In this document: piece after piece, positions 49,681-61,314 of the stretch | How positions within the stretch are numbered: the first letter of the stretch is position 1 | How the letters are laid out: each line of letters begins with the position of its first letter | Source of the DNA: Azolla caroliniana | Lineage: Eukaryota; Plantae; Polypodiophyta | DNA: 64,000 bases | Assembly (NCBI GenBank): GCA_043228905.1 | Contig: JBHGNT010000014.1 | Location: forward strand, 5,084,001 to 5,148,000 | Reading direction: 5' to 3' | The notes under the pieces: generated by a model | Seen by the model: only the letters and a program-made list of their open reading frames with translations | Databases searched by the model: none | What the model was told of the DNA's origin: nothing | Translations under genes and position numbers: made by a program

Positions 49681-52600
49681 AGCTTTATTCAATTTTTCTC
49701 TATAAAGTATGCCACCATTTCTATCCAAGGTTGTACACCTTCAAAATGAATCGAATGAAAGTAAATTGACGAGCCACCATATGCTCATATAGATTCAATA
49801 TTGATGCCCCACCAAGACGCTTCGGAGTATAAACATGATCCTATGCCAACCATGACAAGGCACTTTTCCCTTTTCTTTTCCATAACATCATTCGCATCGA
49901 GCGTGACAACATTTCAAGAGCTTTCTTTGACCATGGGAGCAAAGGAAGATAATACGATACCATAGAGACCATAATCGATTGGACCACCTTAAGTCGTACA
50001 TGAAAAGGCCAAAATTGAGACCTCCAATACATAAACTTATCCTCCAACCTTTTAGATACCCATTCAATAAGTTTCACATGAGAAATTTCCACCCCAATTG
50101 GATATCCAAGATGACGACAAATCATACCATGATGTACTATCCTTCCTGACCACCCCAACCCTAACACATCTTGTTTTGTACATGAAATGAGGACAGATTT
50201 ATGTATATTAATTCTCAACCGTGAAGCATTTGAAAACAATTCCCACACATCTTTTGTCTTACGAATATTTTCCCGATTAGGTGCCAAAAACATAATATGG
50301 TCATCTACGAGAGCTCGAACAATAAATGGCTTCCCTGATGGCAACCTTAGTCCAAGCAATTCTTCCTCCATAGCCATATTGTGTAACTTAACAAGAATAG
50401 GATGTGTAACAATAGTGAATAGTAAAGGACTTATCGGGCATCCTTGTCTAACTGACCTCCGAATAGAAATCGGTTGTGTTACTCCTCCATTAAACATCAC
50501 ATGTGAAACTGAATCCTCCCCTAATGTGTATATCAACTTAGACATACAATCACCAAAACCCATATGAGACATCAATTGATTTGTAAATGACCAATACACA
50601 ATATCATAGGCTTTCTCGATATCCAATTGTAGCAACACTAAATCTTGTTTAGACTCCTTTGCATAGTCAATTGACATTTGAACATTTAAAATATTATGTA
50701 AAATGTCTCTTTTTGCTAAAAACACATATTGAGCATTATGAATAATAGAAGGCAAAACCTTATGCAACCTATTGGCCATCACTTTTGCAAAAATCTTGTA
50801 CATTCCCCCCATCAATGAAATGGGCCTCCATTGAGCAAAGGAAGATAGAGAAGGCACCTTCGGCAAAAGCTTGATCAAACCAATCTTCCAAGAATGAAGC
50901 ATTTCCCCCTGATGTCCACACCTTCTGAAATAAAACCGTAAAAGGCCCCTTTAACTTAATCACATATTTCTTAAAGAGATCATGTGTTAATCCATCCCAC
51001 CCAGGACTCTTATCATTAGCAAGATGTGACATGACATGTTCCACCTCATCCTCTAAAATATTAGCGTCTAATGATTGTGCCACATATGTGATACATGATT
51101 TTTCACTCCATTAAAAAATACATCTCTATCCTTTTTAACATTATCATCGATACACACTTGTACATCCAACAATTGTGTATAATATTCTATGCATTTCTTC
51201 ACAATTTCTTGAGGATCAGAACACATGATACCATTTTCCTCTAACCTTACCACATTATGTCGTGCATGTGATTCATGAAGGTCATGAAAAAACTTATGTG
51301 ATTGACAATTATCATCATCCACTTCTTGTCTTAGACTAGCATGTTGATCATTTTTTGCCGTTAGGTCACGCATCGCAGAAATTAATACCTCTTGATATCC
51401 CATCAACTCTACATCCATTGTCCAATAAGTTAACAATGAGTTGCATTTATCAAGCAAATTAACTAGGAGACTTAATTTCTTTCTCCTTTTAAAAGCATGA
51501 TGAATTCCGTAATATCTAGTTAACCTCTGAACATTTGCAACAAATACTTCCCATGCTTCATACCCATCAAATTGAACATGATAGGCAAATGCATCAATCA
51601 ATTGACACATATAGGCATGGAAGACCTCATGATCCAAAAATGATGAATTAAAAAACAACGGTGGTTTTCCTAAAAGCTCATGAAAACCTTTAATTGAGTG
51701 GTGATTGAACTCAAAAATTAATGGGAAATGATCTGATATAATTGACCTATAAGACATTGAAATATCCAAAATCTCTGGTAAAAAACCTTCGGTATACATT
51801 ACATACATTCGATCCAACCTACTCCAAGTATCCTTATATTGAGCCGATTGAAAGGTATAACCAGGTTCATCTCCCTTGATCCATTTCCATACATCCCTTA
51901 ACATGACTTCAGTCTCAAAATCTCCCCATTCTTGAGCCTCTGGTCCATCCATAATAGAGTGGATAGATGTTGATTGATCTGTCTCACAACAAACATTAAA
52001 ATCTCCCATCAATAAACCTGGTCTACCATTATCAAGCACTGAGTTTAGAGATCTCCATAACAACTTTCATTCTTGTGAAACATTTGATGCATACACACCA
52101 ACTAACCAAAGAGCTTGCCCTTCATAACATATCTCTACCACAATAAATCTTCCAAATTCATCTGAACAATTACTTTTGGGTGAAATTTATCTCTTATAAA
52201 CATGACAATCCCAGAATAATCCCCATGAACCTTGCCAGCATAACATAATGTATAACCCTTAGAATAACTAATTAAACTAGCATTACAATGATCTTTATGC
52301 TCTACTGCACATAAAACATCTCATTGCTCACTTAACACAATCCTCCAAACCTCATGCATTCTAAATCTAGAACACAATCCCCTCACATTCCATGTGGTGA
52401 TCTTCATACTTTATTTTTTCCTTTTATTCGAGAAATCTCCTTCTCCTTCACTACTAATGTTTCTGCCATATCCTGAAATAAATCCCCTAAGATTGCATAT
52501 GAATTACTATGGGAATGCAAAACTCTAGATCCCAATGGCTCCTCATGTGAACGAGGCACCGATTTCCGTGTATTCCAAGGAACATACAAATTACCTTTAT

Positions 52601-54000
52601 TATCAAAAGATAATTTCTTTGGATATTCCTCTTGACGAGCCCATGGTTTATTCCGCATGGGATGTGTCGGTGTGACCTTCTCCATAGATATATTATGCCC
52701 AACCTTTTTATTAGACTTCTTTATCTTTCCAGAAACTATTGACCATTGTCCTTCATCCTCTAGAGTCTTTCCATCCTTTTCATTCACAATTTGTGGTTCC
52801 TTTGTTTGCTCTGAAATTGTCAAAGCTTGAATCTGATCATAAATTGTAGGCTCTTCATGTACCACTTCCACTACATTATTTCTTTTTTGAGGACACTCAA
52901 CCATAAAATGCCCCAACACACCACAATGGAAACAATGTCCTGCAAATGTACCCCATTTAAGCCGAAAGTACATAGGCAGCATACTAGAGCATGCAATCTG
53001 TAAACAACTTGGCCTCTTTATAGCAGTATTCCAAAGAATACACATCCGATATCGATTTTGAGCATTAGCACTAGGAGGCACCAAGATCTTTCCCAACTTT
53101 TCTGTCGCTGACCGTAATATTGGCCAAACCACTGAATATGTGCACTCTACCTCAACCCATACGGGACACTCTTGCTTTAATATATCTTGGTATTCCACTA
53201 GTGGTCTCCACGGAACAATATGAACCAAACTTTTCTCATAAAAAACTGGCAATTTATTGAGTAATTTCTCTTTATACTCTTGTGATACCAAAACAACCTC
53301 ATAAAATCCACGAGGACCGGCATAAACATCCTAAACACAATCAGCTTGTTAAATCCCACGTAACCATTGTTTGACCCTCCAAAGGAAAGGTATCTTTCCT
53401 ATGAAAAACAATATGACCCCTTTATCACAAAAATTAGCAAATGAGCCCAAAAACTCCTTATTGTCTATTTCTACCTTAGCCACTTCATCGTCAACTTTCA
53501 CATTCTCCCTTATACAATCTTCCATTAATATATTTGCCATGCATTATAAATGTTCCCAATGACTATCATCTTTCTCAATATCATCTTGTCGCATTGCATC
53601 AACGTAAGACATGTCATTACTATTATCTCCAATACATCGTTTTCTTTTACCATCCCCTCTTGGGCTTGATACTAACTCAACCATGTATGCATCCTTTGAA
53701 GAATTTGGAGACTCATCCATATTCATAAAAACACTACCATCCATATGACAAGAAATAGGAGAGAGCTCACTTACAAGTAATTGTGTTGGAGAAGGAATCA
53801 AAGCAAGCGATCATGAGATGCATGCAATCGAATGGAATTTTTACTCATAACATTCTACCAAGACCACCAAATTATACATGCAGATACTCTTTAGAAAGCT
53901 CTATGTGCAGGCTTCGAAACGAGCTAAAGAACAAAGGAAACGGACATCATAGCAAGAAGATACATCAAAATTAGTGTTTGGCCTTCTCCAACATCTCCGA
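49681..54000 (-). mobile_element. L1-clade LINE, degenerate, 3' end lost
   Basis: ORF1 52404-53800 with CFHCGVLGHFMVEC knuckle; ORF2 starts MKITTWNVRGL ~52405; APE (MGDFN, SRLDRMY, SDH); RT (LDIEKAYD, VRQGCPISP). Confidence 0.92.
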
Positions 54001-54007
54001 ACTTTGC

Positions 54008-54009
<2 letters not shown>

Positions 54010-54062
<53 letters not shown>

Positions 54063-54156
54063 GTCTTACACACTCCCTTCCTCTTAGTACTAATTCTCAT
54101 AGTACTTTCCTTCTCTAGTACTAATTCTCTCTCTGATTTTAGTACTATTCTTGGCG
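54010..54156 (+). repeat. 3' part of an LTR related to 38979-39397
   Basis: (CT)n followed by CGTG…CCTCTTAGTACTAATT…AGTACTATTCTTG, as at 39330-39397. Confidence 0.65.
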
Positions 54157-54464
54157 CAAGCTTCTGAAATTTGATTTGGTGCCCTCAGGTTATTGTAATT
54201 GGGTTAATGCCCTTCCATTTTTAAATTTACTCATATGCTCTCTCTTTCTTCTCTCTTGTAACTCCTCCTCTTGCTTGATTTCTTCTCCTCTAATTTTCTG
54301 TCTTAAATTTCTGTTCCTATTCTGTCATCGTCTTCTATCTTCCTCTTGTTTCTTCCTCTTTTGGTCAACTTCACCATCTTCTTCTTCTTGTTTGTCTGTC
54401 TGTTTGTCTATCCCGGTCATCTCAGTCTGTCCACTGTGTCTTTGTACGGCTATCTCCACTGACT

Positions 54465-54930
54465 GTTCGTGGCCGTCTGTCCGTCTGTTGTCTGGCTGCT
54501 ATCCGGATGCCACTTGGCCGTTGTTGGCTACTGTTTGGCCAATCGTTGTTGCTATTCAACTGCCACTCGGCCACTGCCGACAACTATCCAGCTAATTGCC
54601 ACCACTCAGCCGTTGTTCAGCCATTGTCTGGCCATTATTCGGCCAATCGTTGTTGTTCGGCCACCATTCGGCCAATCGTCATTGTTCAGCCATTGTCCGG
54701 CCATTGTTTGGCCACCACTTGGCCATTGTCGACCACTATCCGGCCAATCACCGCCATTGTTCGGCTATTGTCGGCCACTTCTCGGCCAATTACCGTTGTC
54801 CAACCATTGGCCGCTACTATGTGGCCGCTGTCGGCCACTGTTTGAGCATCGGTCGCTGCTATTTTGGCCTCCACTCAGCCACTGTTCGGCCGCCACTCAG
54901 CCATTGTCCGGCCAATTGTTGCCATCAGAG
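54465..54930. repeat. Degenerate GGCCA-rich minisatellite
   Basis: Recurrent GCCACTGTCCGGCCAATCGT-like units. Confidence 0.75.
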
Positions 54931-55636
54931 GTCTCACTGAAAGATATCTTCTCCTCTTTCATGGAATCCATAGCTGCTAGCTTACGGTACTGATAATAAG
55001 GACTACGATGAAGACAAAAATTAATTACATGGAAAGGATGGTTTTAATCAATTGCCGATTAAAATGCAGACAAATTGTGTTTTCTTTTTCAATTATTACG
55101 AAACAGAAGGAATTTCCCAATTCTCTTGAGAGGAGGGTGAGTGGGATTGCTGCAAATATAATTGCAGGTGTACATGGTCTATATATACATAATGTATGGT
55201 TATTGATTATTGCAGAGGAGGGTGGTCTATATATATGTGTGTTATACATGGCATTGAAAGCGTATGAGTGTAGTGTGTTGGTACGTGGATAGATACGTAA
55301 AGTCAAAGTCTTTGTATTAAAAGTCATGTGTAAGTGTATGTGCAAATGTGCACATAAGTGTGAGTATATTAATATGGTAAAGTGGGTCTAGGTTGTTACA
55401 AGGTTATGTAACTAACCTACAAACCCCATTGTATGTTCTTGATTTGGAACCCTCATGTAATGTACCTGTATAACCCCACCCAAGGGGCATGAATGGATAT
55501 ATAGAAATAGTAGAAGTTTTTGCCTCTCAATATTTGTATATCTCTCTCTCTTTCCCTCTCCCTCTCTCTTCCTCATGCTCAACCCCCTTCAGAGGGGGGT
55601 GGGGCCGTTCTTGGCTCCACCCCCCACCCATCAACA

Positions 55637-58400
55637 CCCAAGTTTGTGAAGCCCACCACCTAGGAAAGCAACATCGACTTCCATTCCCCAACGAGCATAA
55701 TCGGAGCTGCAACCAGCTCGTCTTGATACATTCGGATGTATGGGGACCGGCATAGAATGTGAGCTTAAGCGGGAGTTGATACTTCGTCTCCTTCATCGAC
55801 AATTAAAGCGGACACACGTGGATCTACTTGATTGAGAAGAAGAGCGAGGTTCCACAACTTGCAAAATCTTGTCGAAAGGGAAATAGACAGGAAAATCAAG
55901 TGTTTGTGGTCAGATGGTAGAAAGGAATACTTTTTCGGCCATTTCAACTGTTATTCGCAACATATGGGAATTCGGCACGAATTCAGGTGTAGATATAAAC
56001 CATAGCAAAATGGCGTGGCCGAAAGGAAGAACCGGTCGGTTGTGGATGCGACACAGGTAATACTGGAGGAGAAGAGCATACCCTAATTCTATTGGGCAGA
56101 AGCTATTCGGACGGCTGTATATATCCAAAATCAGATTTCGACAACCGGAGAAAAGGTGTCAACTCATGAGGTATATTTCGGGCGCAAGCGTAACTTGAAG
56201 CACCTTAGGGTATTTGGTAGCATTGCATATGTGCATGTACCGGATGAGATGCGGAAGAAAATGGATGCCAAGTCAGAGAAGTGTATCCTAGTTGGCCACT
56301 CACATGAACAGAAGGGGTATAAGTGCTACAACCCCCGGACCAAACAGGTACGAGTAAACCGAGATGTCATGTTCGACAAGTCGGCATCCTTGTATTCCCT
56401 TCCAACCCTCGACTCCATTCCGATTACTGAGGATGAGGTCAGTGAGCCCAAGAGGATTCTGGAAGAAGAAAAAGAAGACATTGACACTGTAGAAGAGAGT
56501 CTGGTTTCATTCCGGCTAAGTGGCTCGAATGGAGAGCTGAGTCGGAATGATCATTTGAATGAAGAGACGGTGAGCAACGACGACTCAGCTATGCAGTCCC
56601 TGTGCAAGGAACCGAGGAGATAGTATACGCGCAAAAAGAAGGGCAAAATGAAGATGTCGAAGTACGACACATATAAAGGTGTGTTGGATCATGGAGAATA
56701 TGACACTAGTCAGCGTGAATACAGACCTCAAGAGTTGAGGACAGATGCGGCCAAGAGGGTCCTAAAATCGGCGAATGAGAATTTACACCGATCGACTTGC
56801 CACAAGAACCATGTAATCTAGTACAAATACAACGAATATATGGCGCATCATTATGCGTACATGACGAAGGTGGCTGAAGTCCGTGAGTTGAAGAGCTATG
56901 CGGAGGCATCACGGGATGCCAAATGGTGATCAGCCATGGAGGAAGAAATGTGGGAACTTGATGCCAACAAGACATGGGACCTGGTTGACTATCCTCGACA
57001 TTGCAAACCGATCGGATGCAAATGGGTATACAAGGTACAATACAACATTGATGGTTCGGCCAACCGGGATAAGGCCTGATTAGTGGCCAAGGGATATGTA
57101 CAAACCCATGGCATCGACTACGATGAGACTTTCGCACCAGTGTCAAAGATGACGCCAATCGGTGTGGTGATGGCGGTCGCACCGGCAAGGGGGTGACATC
57201 TCCACCAAATGGATGTTAAGAACGTGTTTCTTCAAGGAGACCTTGAAGAACTGGTATTTATGGTCCAACCCCCTGGTTTTCATTCGGAAATGAACAAATC
57301 AACGGTATGCCGACTAAAGAAGTTGCTTTACACCCCCGACAGCATATTGCTCACTCAACGAAATTATGTCTGGAATATGTTGTACAAGTTCAGGATGATG
57401 GATTGTCGATCCGTCTCCACTCCTCTCGATAGAAACCTGAAGCTTCGTCCCGACTCGGGAGCGGCCTACGATGAGAAATGGTTTCGACAAATTGTTGGAA
57501 GCCTAATATATTTAACTATCACCCGACCCGACCTTAGCTATCCGGTCGATGTGATAAGTCTATTCATGCAGAGACCCATGCAGAGACAGACTATTGAGCT
57601 TCTTCAGTGTGCGCACCAGATATTGCGATATGTGAGTGGCACAAAGGATGGAGGACTGTTCTATCAGCACAGCATTGCCAAACAATTAGTCGGATATACT
57701 AATGCCGACTGGGCCGGTTTCATGTTCTCTATTGGGAGCACAGTTGTAGCTTGGAGCAGCAAGAAGTAGCCGAGAGTGGCCTTATCAAGCACCGAAGCTG
57801 AGTATCGAGGCGCCACCGTCACAACTTGTGAGGCTATATGGCTCCGGCGGCTAAGTTCCCACTCTGATCCCGATCTACTACGACAACATCTGTAGCATGC
57901 AATTGGCCAAGAACCCTGTGTTCCATGCTCGCATGGAGCACATAGAAGTGCATTATCACTTTGTGCACGAGAAGGTTCTGAGCGGTGACGAAGAACTTCA
58001 ATACATTCGAACCAATCAGCAGATAGCCGACATCTTCATCAAGGCACTCAAACCAGACAAGTTGCAACACTTCTCGTAAATGCTTGGTATCTAGCACCTC
58101 GACATGCCACACTTGAGGGGGAGAGCAGTTGATGAACCATAGAAAGAACCAGCTGGAAAGGAGGACAAAAGGAGAGCTGAAGCAGATGCCAAATTGACTG
58201 AGGAAGTCGAAACATCCAGTAGAGCCGAAGCAAGCCGCAAAGGCGGCAAAATCAAGAAAGACAGAGCCGACCAGCAGAAAAAGACCTTGACCAAGACATG
58301 GTCGAATGTGATCAAGGGTCTAAAGAAGGATGACGAATTGGTGACACCCAATTCGAACAAGAATAGGAACAAAGAAAACAAAGAAATACATATACAATAG
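55637..58400 (+). mobile_element. Copia-B pol remainder (INT-RT-RH plus extension), degenerate
   Basis: IHSDVWGP, HLRVFGSIAYVHVP, MDVKNVFL, NPVFHARMEHIEVHY, KTWSNVIKGL; RT deletion near 57328. Confidence 0.9.
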
Positions 58401-59486
58401 GGAGGATGATATTCTAGGATTTCGGTCGTAGTTGGACCAAATTTTGCTTCGGAGTTTGCCGAGCCGAAATCATCTCCACACCCATTAGTTGGCAAATAGA
58501 CCGAAACCGGTCGGTCAAAAGAATCTTCGTCATCGCGTCCACAACATTGTTGGCAGTAGAAACCATCTCCAAGTTGAGCTTTCCTTTGTTCACGCAATCC
58601 TAAATGAAATGGTATCGACCTTCGATATGCTTCGAGGCATTGTGGTGAACTGAATTCTTCGCCAAAGCTACTGCTCCTTGACTATTGCTCAAGAAAACTA
58701 GAGCCAAATTTGAGTCCGCGAGCCGTAGTGCTTTTTTAGCCGCATCGCATGCGGTGACATATTCGGTTTCAGTCGTTGAGGTAGTCGTACGCTCCTGGAT
58801 AGCTCCATGCTCGAATCAAAAGAAATATTCAAATGTCAACTAGAACAACATTGGGTGAGCCAGTCCGCGGATTCTGTTCGGAGTGATTACAGTCAATCAA
58901 CTTAGCCGAATTGGACTCAAATTTGCCGATTCGATTTCGAATGTCAATTTCAAGATTCTTAACATAGATTATGTGCCGATTATCCAGGCCAATCCTGCTT
59001 CGGGTGACTGATTTGATGAGAGGGACGGAGCTGACTGGTCCTCTCGAAGGTCGTTCAGTTGAATGAAGCACGGATTGGGGTTGTTCCCTATAACTGGATC
59101 TGCTTTGAGAGGTTACAACAAATGAGTAGATAGTGTCTAACCTGGTAAAGCACGATCGAGGCCAATTTGATAGAGATTCCACTCCGAGCAGTTACAATCA
59201 CAGAAGCAAGGTACTACCGGCTGGCCTACCTCAAGAGTGATCTAGCTCGATGGAGTGAAATCTTTTGTTTTGTTTTTCTCTTCTCAAGGTGAGATCTTGA
59301 ACTCGAGTTCTTCGAGGGAGACGAAGCAAGAATGTTGTTGAAAACTGATGACGGCTGGCAGCAAGTTGAAGAACCTTCTCTCTAATACCATATGTTGAGA
59401 ACTAAGGTCGTCAATGCAGAAACATCAACAACACTTTTATATGAATATCACCGAGTACACAAGTCGAAGACAAGATCAGAGATGAG

Positions 59487-59533
<47 letters not shown>

Positions 59534-59677
59534 CAATGTAACAATTTATTTAGAATGGTTACAATACAATAGAGCCAACAACTCTCTCACAATAACAACA
59601 ACAACCCTTTTTGAGCTAGGTTACAAAGGCCTTTATATACTAACTGGGCTAGGACAACTGCCCTTTGACATATTTAC
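58400..59677 (-). mobile_element. Non-autonomous copia derivative: partial LTR + PBS + RNase H relic
   Basis: LTR-like from 59393 with (GA)n; PBS TCTCTAATACCA ~59379-59390; minus-strand relic TTSTTETEY…HHNASKHIEGRYHF ~58530-58800. Confidence 0.6.
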
Positions 59678-60257
59678 TGTTGGGAATTCGGTCCCTCCAG
59701 ATGGGATCTAGATGAGAACCGGACGAGTCGATGGAAGGAACCAAACCGGATGGAACCAGAAGGTATACAAAAACCGGATCAGACGGATCCGGAAGGTATC
59801 CGGCCGGATCCGGTGGTGAACAAGAGAAGAGACATATTTGTAAATATGTTCCTATGTGTTGTTGAGGCCATACTTGTAAATAGCCTGAAAAGTTATATGA
59901 GTATAAATATAACTTAGGGCAATCATGTTGTAGTTGAGATATAGTGAAGTTGTATTGAGACAAAGAGAGGGAGTGAGAGACAGAAAGTCTTTTCTATTGT
60001 AACCGCTTGTTGGCGAAGATACAGAGCTCGAGGTCATTGCCTCTGAGTCTCATTCTGTTGTACGCCTTCTCTTATAGTGATAGTTGGAGCTTGTGGACTC
60101 TCATGGTTTTTTCCCTATTAGGGGTTTTCCACGTTAACATCTGTTGTCATCTCATCTCATCTATCTCATCAAGTGCATTGTTATTTTCTATTTATTTCGT
60201 CCATCATGTGATTGAGACTTGGTTGTGGCCGAACTCTATTACTTTCAATTTGGTATC
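59678..60257 (+). repeat. Copia-A-type LTR plus 7 nt of PBS
   Basis: TGTTGGGAATTCGGTCCCTC…ACTTTCA (60247), then TGGTATC at 60251. Confidence 0.85.
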
Positions 60258-61314
60258 TTCGTGTGGATCTTCGTCAACAAAAACTCTTTGTCTTCTACTT
60301 TCTCCCAGAGCCGTGGTATCTCCTCTGGATGTGCTTGGTCTGGGAATGGTAAGCCGCGTTCTTTGCGAGGTGGATGGCACTTTGGCTGTCACAATAGAGT
60401 TGGAATTCCTCTTGCCGTATCCCTAGCTCTCCGATGAAGTCATTCATCCAGATTATCTCTTTTCCGGCTTCCACGGCTGCCATGTACTCCACTTCCGTTG
60501 TCAACAGTGCAACGGACGTTTGTAGCCTCAACTGCCACGATACAGCTCCCCCTACATAAGTCATGAAATATACGGATGTAGACCGGCTGGTCAGCATCAG
60601 CCAACATATCCGAATCCGTGAATCCTTCAAGTTGGGGTTTACCTGAGCCAAATCAGAGGCACATGTTCAAGGTGCCTTTCAAGTACCGGAGTATCCACTT
60701 TACAGAGGCCCAATGTTCTCTTCTTGGATTGCTCATAAACCGGTTGACCACTACGACCGCATATCTAATATCCGGTCGTGTGCACACCATAGAGTAGATC
60801 AAACTCTGATGGTAGAGGCATATGGTACCTTCATCATCTCCGACTTTTCTGTCTTTGTCTTCGGGCTTTGCTTCCCAGACAGCTTGCAGTTTGCCGGAAC
60901 TGTCAACCCGACCACCTTCGCATCCAACATGTTGAACCTTTGAAGCACCTTTGTCACGTACTTTTCCTGTGATAGCCACAATTGCTTCTTCGACTGGTCC
61001 CGGATTATGTGCTTCCCCAAAATCTGTCTCGCGGGACCCATATCTTTCATTGCGAATGACTGGCTCAAGGCCCTCTTCAGCATTCTGATTTTGATACGGT
61101 CTCATCCGACGATCACCATGTCGTCCACATATAGCAGTAGTATCATGAAGTATCCCACATCGAACTTCTTCACAAATACGCAATGGTTGGCCTACGTCTT
61201 ATGGTATCCTTGGTCGGTCATGAAGGAGTTGAACTTCCAGTACCATCATCGGGGAGCTTGCTTCAGTCCATATAAGCTCTTCTTCAACCGGCACACTAGG
61301 TGCTCCTTCCCTTT
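60258..61314 (-). mobile_element. Copia-A-type RT/RNase H fragment
   Basis: KKSLYGLKQAP, LLYVDDM, SQEKYV, AIHLAKNAAYHSQTKHIQRRYH. Confidence 0.9.

Larger units (their letters stand above)
21956..55636. mobile_element. 33.7-kb segment bounded by ~400-bp terminal inverted repeats with 5-bp TSD CCCAA
   Basis: Left repeat = 21956-22061 + 37529-~37825 (split by a LINE). Right repeat = ~55235-55636 in reverse complement. Ends TGTTG…CAACA; CCCAA at 21951-21955 and 55637-55641. Confidence 0.82.

Noticed and set aside
54176-54993. Hydrophobic/Cys-rich ORFs
   Set aside because: Pyrimidine tract plus minisatellite; no domain motifs.
21956-55636. DIRS or Polinton interpretation of the inverted repeats
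   Set aside because: No tyrosine recombinase, PolB, ATPase or capsid ORF; a 5-bp TSD and TG…CA ends fit neither.
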